Shown: piece by piece, positions 27,899 to 37,342 of the stretch
How the letters are laid out: each line of letters begins with the position of its first letter
Numbering within the stretch: the first letter of the stretch is position 1
From: Candidatus Omnitrophota bacterium
GTDB lineage: Bacteria > Ratteibacteria > UBA8468 > MWAK01
Length of the DNA: 42,731 nt
Direction: 5' to 3'
Assembly (NCBI GenBank): GCA_026387085.1
Contig: JAPLMK010000091.1
Coordinates: 1-42,731 of the forward strand
Notes under the pieces: model-generated
The model's input: the letters and a program-made list of their open reading frames with translations, nothing else
Databases searched by the model: none
Told to the model about the DNA's origin: nothing
Made by a program: the position numbers and the translations under genes

Positions 27899-29638
27899 AT
27901 GCGCAAGTTAAAAGGAATCGGCGTCTCCCCCGGGATTACTATCGGAACCGCTTACCTGGTTCCGAAACTGCATCAATCCGTTTCCGAACACCGAATTCCG
28001 CCGGAAGAAATCGGTTCTGAAATACAGCGATTGGAAAAAGCCCTGTCGGAAACCAAGGAGGAGCTTGAAAAAATCCGGACGCAAACCGCCCGGAATTCAG
28101 GCGCAATTGAAGCCGACATCTTCAATGTGCACCTGTTATTGCTCCATGACCATGAATTAAAAAAAGAAATTGTCCGTCAGATTAAAGAAGGAGCCAACGC
28201 CGCCTGGTCCGTGCAAACAATCGTACACCAGCATCTGGAACGATTAGGCAAGGTAAACGACGCCTACCTGAACGAAAGACGGTACGACCTGGAAGACGTC
28301 GGAAAACGATTATTGCGTAACCTTTTGGGTATCAAGGGCTACCTCGCCGACCTCAAAGAAAAAGTAATACTGGTGGCGCACAATCTCACCCCATCAGAAA
28401 CCGCTTCGCTCAACCGAAAACTCGTCTCTGCCTTTGCCACCGATATCGGCGGACCCACTTCTCATACCGCCATTATGGCCCGGGCATTAGAAATACCGGC
28501 CGTCGTCGGCCTGAAAGAAATAACCGAAATTACCCGGGCCGGAGAAACGATCATCGTGGACGGACAACAAGGCGTGGTAATCATCGACCCGGACAAATCT
28601 ATCCTTAAGGAATACGCGAAACGGCAAGCCGACCTGCGCAAGAGCCACCGCGCTCTTTCACCGCTCAAGGACGTAATTGCCTGTACCCGGGATAAACACC
28701 GGGTCACCATCGGCGCCAACATAGAATTGCCGGTAGAGGTCTCCTCCGTTCTGGCATACGGCGCGGATGAAATCGGCCTCTTCCGCACCGAATTCATTTA
28801 TCTTAACCGGGAAGACCTGCCCTCCGAAGAGGAACAGTTCCGGGTATATCGCCACGTAGTTGAAAAAGTGAAACCGTGCCCCGTTACCATCCGAACACTG
28901 GACCTGGGCGGAGACAAGTTTGCTTCCGCGCTGAATATGCCGGAGGAAATGAACCCATTTTTAGGCTGGAGGGCAATCCGTTTCTGCCTGTCTCAACCCG
29001 ATATTTTCAAAGCACAGCTCCGCGCCATTTTGCGTGCCAGCGCTTTCGGTCCGGTGCGGATTATGTACCCTTTAATTTCTGATGTCGAAGAGATCAAGAC
29101 CGCACGCACTCTCATGGAAGAATCGATGGCTGAATTAAAACGGGAGAATAAGAACTTTGCCCCTTCCATCCCGGTGGGCGCGATGATTGAAGTGCCTTCC
29201 GCGGCCCTTACCGCCGGCACTATTTCCCGATACGTTGATTTTTTTAGCATCGGCACAAACGACTTGATTCAATATTCTATGGCGGTCGACCGGACCAATA
29301 TCCGGACCGCCCACCTTTATAACCCCGCGCATCCGGCAATTTTAAAACTAATTTCGGAAGTAATTGCCGCCGGCCGCAAGACCGGTATTCCGGTGGGATT
29401 ATGCGGAGAAATGGCCGCCAACCCGGCGCTGGCGTTTCTACTTATCGGAATGGGCATTAACGAGCTTTCCATGGCTCCCTTGGCAATCCCGGAAATAAAA
29501 CAAATGACACTACTCATCACCATGAAGGAAGCTATGGAATGCGCTCAAAAAGTAGCCGAGATGGATTCTGCTTCGGAAATCAGTTCCCTGTTAGAGAAAA
29601 AATGGGCGGAAATAATGAAACGAAAAATAAATAAATGA
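27899..29638 (+). CDS. ptsI: PEP-protein phosphotransferase (Enzyme I)
   Basis: GGPTSHTAIMAR, IGLFRTEF, NPFLGWRAIR, MIEVP, SIGTNDL, CGEMA. Confidence 0.96.
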   Translation: MRKLKGIGVSPGITIGTAYLVPKLHQSVSEHRIPPEEIGSEIQRLEKALSETKEELEKIRTQTARNSGAIEADIFNVHLLLLHDHELKKEIVRQIKEGANAAWSVQTIVHQHLERLGKVNDAYLNERRYDLEDVGKRLLRNLLGIKGYLADLKEKVILVAHNLTPSETASLNRKLVSAFATDIGGPTSHTAIMARALEIPAVVGLKEITEITRAGETIIVDGQQGVVIIDPDKSILKEYAKRQADLRKSHRALSPLKDVIACTRDKHRVTIGANIELPVEVSSVLAYGADEIGLFRTEFIYLNREDLPSEEEQFRVYRHVVEKVKPCPVTIRTLDLGGDKFASALNMPEEMNPFLGWRAIRFCLSQPDIFKAQLRAILRASAFGPVRIMYPLISDVEEIKTARTLMEESMAELKRENKNFAPSIPVGAMIEVPSAALTAGTISRYVDFFSIGTNDLIQYSMAVDRTNIRTAHLYNPAHPAILKLISEVIAAGRKTGIPVGLCGEMAANPALAFLLIGMGINELSMAPLAIPEIKQMTLLITMKEAMECAQKVAEMDSASEISSLLEKKWAEIMKRKINK

Positions 29639-30732
29639 TTACTTTAACAACGGATTTTGTTCCGAAAAGTAATTTGCATGACAACCGGATGCTGAAAAAA
29701 GCAATCAAACAGTTTGATTCTTCCGGCATGCTTGGATTCCTGCGTGAATTCCCGGAACAGGTTATTACCGCCCGAAAGTTAAAAGAAAAACCGATTTTAA
29801 AAAATAAGGATGCCACCACCGGAATTATTTTTTCCGGGCTGGGTGGTTCCGCAATCTGCGGAGACCTATTCCGGGATGTATTTTCCGATCAGTTAGCGAT
29901 ACCGGTCCTGACCAACCGGGACTACTGTTTACCGGCCTGGGTCAACCAACAGACACTGGCAATTCTGATCAGTTATTCCGGAAACACCGAAGAGACCCTG
30001 TCAACATACCGGGAAGCCCGAAAACGAAAAGTAATGATTGGTGTCGTCTCCAGCGGAGGCAAACTCTCCGAAATGGCTCAAAAAGACCGGGTTCCGCTGG
30101 TTACGGTTCCGGCCGGTTATCCGCCCCGAACCGCCCTTGGATATCTCTTTTTCGGCGCCCTGTCTCTTTTGGAAAGCGCCGACATCCTGAAAATTTCGAA
30201 ACCGTGTTTTTCGGAACTGCTTCAGGCCATTCACAAAACCGCGGCAAACAACGACACGCAAACTAATTTCAACGAAAACCCCGCCCGCCGGTTAGCCGCC
30301 GCCCTCAAAGGCACAATACCAATAATTTACAGCGCGGCATTTCTTTCCGGAACCGCCACCCGCTGGAAAACTCAAATAGAAGAAAACAGTAAGAACCTTG
30401 CGTTTACCGGAATTATGCCGGAGATGAACCACAACGAAGTAGTCGGCTGGAGCTGTCCGGCTAAAACGCTGAAACAGCTAAGCGTCCTATTCCTGCGCGA
30501 CCGGGAAGACGAACCCCAAGTCAAAAAACGCTTCGAAATCACTCGCGGCCTGCTCCGACCGCGGCGCTTCTGCGCGGAAGTGGAGAGCAGGAGCAATAAC
30601 CGGCTTGTCCGTCTCTTTTCCACGATTGTCTTCGGAGATTGGGTCAGTTATTATCTGGCCCTGGAGAATAAAACTGACCCCACGCCGGTGGAACGCATCA
30701 CTCAACTCAAAAAGCAATTAGCAAACCAATAG
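29635..30732 (+). CDS. Bifunctional phosphoglucose/phosphomannose isomerase
   Basis: GLGGSAI, SYSGNTEET, PPR.A, RWKTQIEENSK, PEMNHNE, DPTPV; the start could be 29689. Confidence 0.9.
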   Translation: MITLTTDFVPKSNLHDNRMLKKAIKQFDSSGMLGFLREFPEQVITARKLKEKPILKNKDATTGIIFSGLGGSAICGDLFRDVFSDQLAIPVLTNRDYCLPAWVNQQTLAILISYSGNTEETLSTYREARKRKVMIGVVSSGGKLSEMAQKDRVPLVTVPAGYPPRTALGYLFFGALSLLESADILKISKPCFSELLQAIHKTAANNDTQTNFNENPARRLAAALKGTIPIIYSAAFLSGTATRWKTQIEENSKNLAFTGIMPEMNHNEVVGWSCPAKTLKQLSVLFLRDREDEPQVKKRFEITRGLLRPRRFCAEVESRSNNRLVRLFSTIVFGDWVSYYLALENKTDPTPVERITQLKKQLANQ

Positions 30733-30746
30733 CCCAAATTTCTGTT

Positions 30747-30822
30747 GTCATTCCCGAACGTTTAAATCGGGAATCCATAATTTATAAGATATAGATTCCC
30801 GCCTACTACACGCGGGAATGAC
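30747..30822. repeat. 76-bp ATTCCC/GGGAAT double-hairpin repeat, copy 2
   Basis: gtcattcccga..tcgggaatcca...gattcccgc..gcgggaatgac. Confidence 0.85.
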
Positions 30823-30854
30823 AAAAATATTTATATAACAATCAGGAGGAGCCC

Positions 30855-32003
30855 ATGCCGATAAAAACAGGCGATTTTCTTTTCACTTCCGAATCAGTCA
30901 CCGAGGGTCATCCGGATAAATTATGCGACCAGATTTCCGACAGCATTCTGGATGAAGTATTAAAACAGGATAAACACGGCCGGGTTGCCTGCGAAACGCT
31001 GGTAACGCGCGGGCTGGTTGTCGTAGCCGGTGAAATAACCACCCGGGGATACGTTGACATTCCCAACATCGCGCGCGGCCTGATTCGGGACGTCGGATAC
31101 ACCGACCCTCATTTTGGTTTCCACTGGGAGGCAAGTTCCGTAATCACCGCCGTCCAGGAACAATCTCCGGATATTGCCATGGGAGTTGATGTCGGCGGAG
31201 CCGGCGACCAGGGTTTAATGTTCGGGTACGCCTGCGATGAAACACCAAACCTGATGCCCCTGCCGATTACCCTGGCCCATCTCTTAGCCAAAAAAATGGC
31301 CGAAGTAAGAAGGAAGGGTCATCTCCCTTACTTAAGGCCGGACGGAAAGAGCCAGGTAACGGTGCACTACGAAAACGGGGTACCCCGGGAAGTTACCTGC
31401 GTCGTTCTGGCATCACAGCACAATCCAAACGTAAAACAAAAAAAGATTTGCGATGACCTGACAAAACTGGTGGTGGATAAAATCATTCCCCGCGAACAAC
31501 GCTCGCGTCATATGAAGATTTTCGTCAACCCCACCGGTAATTTTGTGATCGGCGGCCCACAGGGAGACACCGGCGTCACCGGGCGGAAAATTATTGTTGA
31601 CACTTACGGCGGTTTTGGCCGGCACGGCGGCGGAGCTTTTTCCGGCAAAGACCCGAGCAAGGTTGACCGTTCGGCCACCTACATGGCCCGTTACCTCGCC
31701 AAAAATATCGTGGCGGCCGGTCTCTGCCGGAAATGTGAGATCCAAGTTGCCTATGCCATCGGTGAAAAACAGCCGGTATCCCTGAGCCTTGAAACCTACG
31801 AATGCGGACTGGTGCCGGCAGAAAAGATTTTGGGCGCCATCCGGAAAAATTTCGACCTTTCTCCGGGAGGCATCATCAAAAAACTGGACCTCCTGAAACC
31901 GCGCTACCTGAAAACAGCATGCTACGGGCACTTCGGCCGGATCGAACCGGAATTTACCTGGGAAAAAACTGATTCGGCAAAAATCTTCCGGGCCCTGCTG
32001 TAA
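30855..32003 (+). CDS. metK: S-adenosylmethionine synthetase
   Basis: [41 protein letters not shown]. Confidence 0.98.
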   Translation: MPIKTGDFLFTSESVTEGHPDKLCDQISDSILDEVLKQDKHGRVACETLVTRGLVVVAGEITTRGYVDIPNIARGLIRDVGYTDPHFGFHWEASSVITAVQEQSPDIAMGVDVGGAGDQGLMFGYACDETPNLMPLPITLAHLLAKKMAEVRRKGHLPYLRPDGKSQVTVHYENGVPREVTCVVLASQHNPNVKQKKICDDLTKLVVDKIIPREQRSRHMKIFVNPTGNFVIGGPQGDTGVTGRKIIVDTYGGFGRHGGGAFSGKDPSKVDRSATYMARYLAKNIVAAGLCRKCEIQVAYAIGEKQPVSLSLETYECGLVPAEKILGAIRKNFDLSPGGIIKKLDLLKPRYLKTACYGHFGRIEPEFTWEKTDSAKIFRALL

Positions 32004-32010
32004 AAAGAAT

Positions 32011-32188
32011 ACCACGGAAGCACGGAATAACCGCGTATTTAAAGTTTAAGATTAATAGATTAAATATTGTTTAAAGTTAAAAAGTGGTTGCAAATTGAAC
32101 TTTTCCGCGCTTCCGCAGTTTTCCGTGTTTCCGTGGTTAAGTCTGAGATTACTTGATCTTTAATCTGTGTCTGCGGTAATCCGCGTCC
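32011..32188. repeat. Gene-less relative of the GxxExxY cassette ends
   Basis: accacggaagcacggaa (32011-27) / ttccgtgtttccgtggt (32121-37) around an AT-rich spacer; the reverse complement of 32171-32188 matches 17260-17277 at 16/18. Confidence 0.65.
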
Positions 32189-32207
32189 TGATAATTTATG
32201 TAAATTT

Positions 32208-32798
32208 ATGCTTATCGGACTGACTGGTACCTTTGGTTCCGGAAAAAGCAGCGTACTCCGTCTTTTTCAAAAAGAAGGCGCGGTTACTATCTCCGCCGAT
32301 CAAATCGTCCATTCTCTTTTGCGCCAAAAAACCGTAAAAGAAGCGGTGGAAAATATTTTTGGTCCGGCTGTTTTAAGAAAGGGCCGGGTCAACCGTCCGG
32401 CGCTGGCAAAGATTGTCTTTACCAATAAAGAGAAACGCCGAAAACTGGAAAAACTTCTGCACCCGATGGTGCGGGAAAAAATAAGGGAGTTTTCCCGGAC
32501 GAAAAATCTGGTCGTGGCCGAAGTGCCGCTTCTTTTTGAAAGCGGTTTTCGAAAAGATTTTGATTACATCGTCTGCGTTTGCGCGAACCCGGAGGTAATC
32601 CGGTTCCGGATGCAAAAAAAGAAAGTTGCCGCGGGAGAAGTTAAACGCCGTTCTTCCATCCAGTGGACGATTGCGGAAAAAGAAAAACAAAGCGATGCGA
32701 TCATCGACAATAATGAATCCCGGGAAAAAACCAAGCAACAGGTCAGAGCCTTAATTCGCAGATTAGAAATAATTTCCAAGCGCGTCGTCAAGCATTAA
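32208..32798 (+). CDS. coaE: Dephospho-CoA kinase
   Basis: IGLTGTFGSGKS, ADQIVH, LEKLLHP, EVPLLFE, IIDN. Confidence 0.94.
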   Translation: MLIGLTGTFGSGKSSVLRLFQKEGAVTISADQIVHSLLRQKTVKEAVENIFGPAVLRKGRVNRPALAKIVFTNKEKRRKLEKLLHPMVREKIREFSRTKNLVVAEVPLLFESGFRKDFDYIVCVCANPEVIRFRMQKKKVAAGEVKRRSSIQWTIAEKEKQSDAIIDNNESREKTKQQVRALIRRLEIISKRVVKH

Positions 32799-32844
32799 CG
32801 GTTAATTTTTAACAATAATTTTTCAAAAAAACGAGGTGACTAAA

Positions 32845-34182
32845 ATGGACGAGACAAAAGAAATAAAGGAAGTGAAAGAAACTAAGGAAAACAAGGAAAC
32901 AACCAGGCAGTTAAACATCTCGGAGTTGAAGATAATGCCTGTTTCCGGGCTGCAAAAGATGGCCCGGTCCATGGGCGTCAATAACATCTCGGGCGTAAAA
33001 AAACAAGACCTGATCTTTAAGATTTTGCAGGTGCAGACAGAAAAAAGCGGTCTCCTCTTCGGGGAAGGGGTGCTGGAAGTATTGATGCCGGAGGGTTTCG
33101 GGTTCCTGCGCAGCCCGAATTATAATTATTTTTCAAGCCCGGACGATATTTACGTTTCCCCGTCCCAGATTAAACGCTTCAACCTGATTACCGGCGATAC
33201 GGTCAGCGGCCAAATCCGGCCGCCCAAAGAAGGAGAGCGGTATTTCGCCCTGCTGCGCGTGGAAGCGGTCAACGGTGAAAACCCGGAAGATATCCGGGAC
33301 CGGGTCCCTTTCGAGAACTTGAAAGCGCTCTACCCTGACAAGCGTTTTATCCTGGAAACCAAGCCGGAGGAATTGTCCGCGCGGGTGCTGGATTTGATTA
33401 CACCGATCGGCAAAGGACAGCGCGCTTTAATTGTTTCGCCGCCCCGGGCCGGTAAAACAGTACTTTTACAGAAGATAGCCAACGGCATCACCACCAACAA
33501 CCCGGACTCGCACCTGATTGTGCTCCTGGTAGGCGAAAGACCGGAGGAAGTTACCGAGATGGAACGCACAGTCAAGGGAGAAGTAATCAGCGCCACCTTT
33601 GACGAACCGCCGGAGAGGCACGTGCAGGTTGCGGAGATGGTTCTGGAAAAAGCCAAACGAATGGTGGAGCACCGCCAGGATGTGGTAATTCTCCTGGACA
33701 GCATCACCCGGCTCGCCCGGGCTTACAACGCCATTGTGCCCCACACCGGCAAAGTAATGTCCGGCGGCCTGGAATCAAACGCCCTGGAAAAACCAAAACG
33801 GTTCTTCGGCGCGGCCCGAAACGTGGAAGACGGCGGAAGCCTGACTATCATCGGCACCGCCCTGGTCGATACCGGAAGCCGGATGGACGACGTCATTTTT
33901 GAAGAGTTTAAAGGCACTGGCAACTGCGAAGTCAACCTTGACCGGCATCTGGCCGAACGAAGAATCTGGCCGGCCATCGACATCAACAAAAGCGGAACCA
34001 GGCGTGAGGAACTTTTACTTGACCCGGAAGAACTGAAACGCGTCTGGGTTTTACATAAAATCCTGGCGCCGTTTCCGCCCGAAGAAGCGATGTCAATGCT
34101 TCTGGAAAAATTACGCAAAACCGGTTCCAACGCGGAATTTTTACTTTCCATCCCTTCCAGCGCCGCCGGTTCTTTGGTTTAG
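32845..34182 (+). CDS. rho: Transcription termination factor Rho
   Basis: [43 protein letters not shown]. Confidence 0.98.
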   Translation: MDETKEIKEVKETKENKETTRQLNISELKIMPVSGLQKMARSMGVNNISGVKKQDLIFKILQVQTEKSGLLFGEGVLEVLMPEGFGFLRSPNYNYFSSPDDIYVSPSQIKRFNLITGDTVSGQIRPPKEGERYFALLRVEAVNGENPEDIRDRVPFENLKALYPDKRFILETKPEELSARVLDLITPIGKGQRALIVSPPRAGKTVLLQKIANGITTNNPDSHLIVLLVGERPEEVTEMERTVKGEVISATFDEPPERHVQVAEMVLEKAKRMVEHRQDVVILLDSITRLARAYNAIVPHTGKVMSGGLESNALEKPKRFFGAARNVEDGGSLTIIGTALVDTGSRMDDVIFEEFKGTGNCEVNLDRHLAERRIWPAIDINKSGTRREELLLDPEELKRVWVLHKILAPFPPEEAMSMLLEKLRKTGSNAEFLLSIPSSAAGSLV

Positions 34183-34188
34183 ATTCAT

Positions 34189-35178
34189 ATGCAAAATGTT
34201 TTAGAGATTAAAGACCTGCACCTTTCCTTCGTAAGCAAAGGAAAAGAAAAAAAGGTACTCCGGGGTATTGACTTGGATATTTCCGAAGGCGAAACGCTCG
34301 GGCTGGCAGGCGAATCCGGAGCCGGAAAATCACTGCTTACTTTAAGTATCATGGGACTGCTGCCGGCAACCGCAGAGATAAAAAAAGGTGGGATTCAATT
34401 TCAGGGCGCGGAGATTCTGGACAACCCCGGAAAACAGGCATCCCTGCGCGGCCGAAAAATCGGAATTATCTTCCAGGACCCGTCCGCATCACTCGACCCC
34501 CTTTACCGGGTTGGTTCCCAGGTAGCCGAAACACTTTCCGACATCACCGGAAAAAGACCGGAGATGCCTCAAATCCTAAACCTCTTTTCCCGGGCGGAAT
34601 TCAAGGAACCGGAAAAGATAGTTTTCCGCTATCCGCATCAGCTTTCCGGCGGCGAAAAACAAAGGGTGATGATCGCCGTTGCCCTGGCGGGTAACCCCCG
34701 CCTGCTTCTGGCCGACGAACCAACCGCTTCGCTGGATGCCAACACCGGAGCGCAAATCATTTCGCTTCTTTCCAAGATCCAAAAGGAGACGGGTTTGTCT
34801 ATTCTCTTTATCAGCCACAACCTTCCGCTGGTGGAACAGATTGCCGATAAACTGGCTATCATTTACGCCGGCCGAATCTTAGAGACCGGACTCACAACAG
34901 AACTTGCCAAGCGATCACTCCATCCTTATACCCGCCTGCTCTTCTCCGCTTTACCGGACCCGGGCCGGAAAGGCAAGCCGCTGGCAACCATTCCCGGTTC
35001 TCCCGGTTCCGGACTTAATTCACGAATTTCGGATTTCCCGTCAACTGAAGAATCCGGCTGCGCCTTCTATCAGCGCTGCCCGGAAAAAAATTTAACCTGT
35101 TGCCGCCCGGAACCTCCGCTGATTGAAATCAGCCCGGGCCACCGGGTTGCCTGCTGGAGAATAAAAAATGAAAATTAA
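34189..35178 (+). CDS. Oligopeptide/dipeptide ABC transporter ATPase (OppD-like)
   Basis: GESGAGKS, FQDP, YPHQLSGG, ADEPT, HPYT, C-terminal Cys cluster. Confidence 0.9.
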   Translation: MQNVLEIKDLHLSFVSKGKEKKVLRGIDLDISEGETLGLAGESGAGKSLLTLSIMGLLPATAEIKKGGIQFQGAEILDNPGKQASLRGRKIGIIFQDPSASLDPLYRVGSQVAETLSDITGKRPEMPQILNLFSRAEFKEPEKIVFRYPHQLSGGEKQRVMIAVALAGNPRLLLADEPTASLDANTGAQIISLLSKIQKETGLSILFISHNLPLVEQIADKLAIIYAGRILETGLTTELAKRSLHPYTRLLFSALPDPGRKGKPLATIPGSPGSGLNSRISDFPSTEESGCAFYQRCPEKNLTCCRPEPPLIEISPGHRVACWRIKNEN

Positions 35179-37072
35179 TCTCACGGAAGGATTGCTGGCT
35201 ATTTTTATACTATCGTTAAGTATCTTTACTTTCCGGTCCGCCTATGACTACACTCTTGTTCGATTGCTGATTGCAAATATCTTTGTTTTTCTCTGCGCTC
35301 TTTCCTTTTTCGGCCGGCGGCGTCTTTTCTCCGCTCCCCTGCCTATCCTCTTTTCGCTGGCCGGGTTTGTTCTCTTTGTATCAATCTCCGTTGCCTGTTC
35401 TGTTTTTCCGCCGGCAACCATGCGGGAACTTCCCCACTTCCTCACCTACATTCTCATTTTTATGATCGCCAGCCAGATTTATCCCACCCCTTTCGTCATC
35501 GGCTCCTGGATTTTAGCCGTAGTAATTATCTCCTGCACCGGCTGGTACGACCACGTCCAAACACAGGCGATCGTTACACCGTTGGGTAATAAAAATTTCT
35601 TTGCCGGTTACCTGATTATGGTCATTCCGATAACCATCATCACCCTCTGGCAAAAAATTGTAGCGCTGGGAAACAATTTAGCCGAAAAGGCGCCGCGCCC
35701 GCCCCTTAAAACCGGACGCAACCGACCGACAATTTCTGCCGTTACGAAACACCGTGCGCCGCGGCGATTCAATAACTACCTATCCTTGACTTTGGTTATC
35801 CCCCTTATCCTTGTCGTCATCCTCTTTTTAACTCTTTTGGTTCTGGCTGATTCCCAGGCATCTCAGGCAGGTCTGGCCGTTGGCTTGCTCTTCCTGGCTT
35901 TCGTTGCCTTCGGTAAATTCATAATGCCCCGGCTTAAGACCGTTTTACGCATTCTAACCCTTTCGCTGCTAATCATCGCTTTGGCGCTGACTGCTTTTAT
36001 CGGTGCCAAAAAGGGCACGCCTTACATCCTTAAGAACGTCCGCTACCCGCTCTGGAAAGGAAGCGCGGACATGGTCGCTCAGAAACCGATGACCGGTTTC
36101 GGGCCCGGCTCCTTCCTGGCTGTTTTTCAGCGTTTCCGCCCGGCCGATTATTACAACCGGCAGGAAGTGGCCCCGTTATCCGACCACAGCCACAATGAAT
36201 ATCTGGAACTGGCGTCCGAATCCGGCTTGCCGGCCCTCGTTTTTTTCCTGATCTTCCTGGCTTCCGTCCTAATCCTTTCCATCAGCAAAATGAAAAACAG
36301 CGGTTTTATTGCCAGCCAACCTGCTCCAGAGGCGCACTCGCCTCCGGCGAAAAAATCCGACATGGCAATCTCGCCGGAATGGTTTCTTTTAGCCGGTTTA
36401 CTCTCCGGTTTAATTGCCATCCTGGTTGACGGACTATTCTCCACAAACCTGCGCACTTTTTCGGTGGTCTCCGTCTTCTGGGTCCTGTTAGGGCTCTGCG
36501 CCGCGATAATAAATAAGGACTCAGACGTCAAACTTCAGACAGCCAACATAAAACCAAAGAAAAATCTAAAAACCTCTTCGGCTTCAAACAGCCTTGGTTT
36601 TTCGCCTCAATCTTCTTTAATTTGGATGGCAATTATGGTCTTCAGCGTCTTTTCCGCCGGACTGATCGCCCGGGAAATCAAAGGGCAGGTTTACTATCGG
36701 GAAGGCATCGCGGCGCGTAACGCGCAAAACTGGCCCGTCGCTATTGCCCAATACAAAAAAGCGATAGCCATTGACCCGGCTAACCTCCAGGCGGCCTACA
36801 AACTAAGCTTCGTATACGCCAACGCCAACCAGACCGAAGACGCAATCAAACTCTACCGGGAAATCCTGCGTATCAGCCCTAACTTCGCCAAAACCTATTA
36901 CAACCTGGCCCTGCTTTCTCTTAAACTGAACGATAAGGATTCGGCCGTTACTTATCTCAACCTTGGCTTGCGCTACGACCCATACGACAAGGAAACGCAG
37001 AAAATTCTCAATATGTTGATAAATCCGGACTCCCGTACCCAAATTACTCAAAACCAGTCATCCGCCAAGTAA
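35168..37072 (+). CDS. O-antigen ligase (Wzy_C)-like membrane protein with C-terminal TPRs
   Basis: LGNKNFFAGY, R..LW, P.TGFGPG, HSHNEYL..ASE.G, TPR tail. Confidence 0.85.
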   Translation: MKINLTEGLLAIFILSLSIFTFRSAYDYTLVRLLIANIFVFLCALSFFGRRRLFSAPLPILFSLAGFVLFVSISVACSVFPPATMRELPHFLTYILIFMIASQIYPTPFVIGSWILAVVIISCTGWYDHVQTQAIVTPLGNKNFFAGYLIMVIPITIITLWQKIVALGNNLAEKAPRPPLKTGRNRPTISAVTKHRAPRRFNNYLSLTLVIPLILVVILFLTLLVLADSQASQAGLAVGLLFLAFVAFGKFIMPRLKTVLRILTLSLLIIALALTAFIGAKKGTPYILKNVRYPLWKGSADMVAQKPMTGFGPGSFLAVFQRFRPADYYNRQEVAPLSDHSHNEYLELASESGLPALVFFLIFLASVLILSISKMKNSGFIASQPAPEAHSPPAKKSDMAISPEWFLLAGLLSGLIAILVDGLFSTNLRTFSVVSVFWVLLGLCAAIINKDSDVKLQTANIKPKKNLKTSSASNSLGFSPQSSLIWMAIMVFSVFSAGLIAREIKGQVYYREGIAARNAQNWPVAIAQYKKAIAIDPANLQAAYKLSFVYANANQTEDAIKLYREILRISPNFAKTYYNLALLSLKLNDKDSAVTYLNLGLRYDPYDKETQKILNMLINPDSRTQITQNQSSAK

Positions 37073-37114
37073 AATTGACAACTAAAGTTAAATAATGTTA
37101 TTATTTTATAAATT

Positions 37115-37315
37115 ATGGGAAAGAAATGCGCTGTTTGCGGAAAATGCCGAAAACCCGGAATGCTGTTAAGCCATTCCCACCACCGGACTAAAAGATTTTT
37201 CGGGGCTAACCTTCAGAAAGTTCGGACCACGATTGGACGAATGCTGGTCTGCACCGGCTGCCTGAAAAGCGGTAAGATAACCAAACCAACCGCTTCTCTG
37301 GAAAAACCCGCCTGA
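37115..37315 (+). CDS. rpmB: 50S ribosomal protein L28 (zinc-binding form)
   Basis: CAVCGK, SHSHHRTKR.F.ANLQ, VCTGCLKSG; TTGACA promoter at 37075. Confidence 0.93.
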   Translation: MGKKCAVCGKCRKPGMLLSHSHHRTKRFFGANLQKVRTTIGRMLVCTGCLKSGKITKPTASLEKPA

Positions 37316-37342
37316 AAATCAGGAACAAACTCCGCCGGAATC

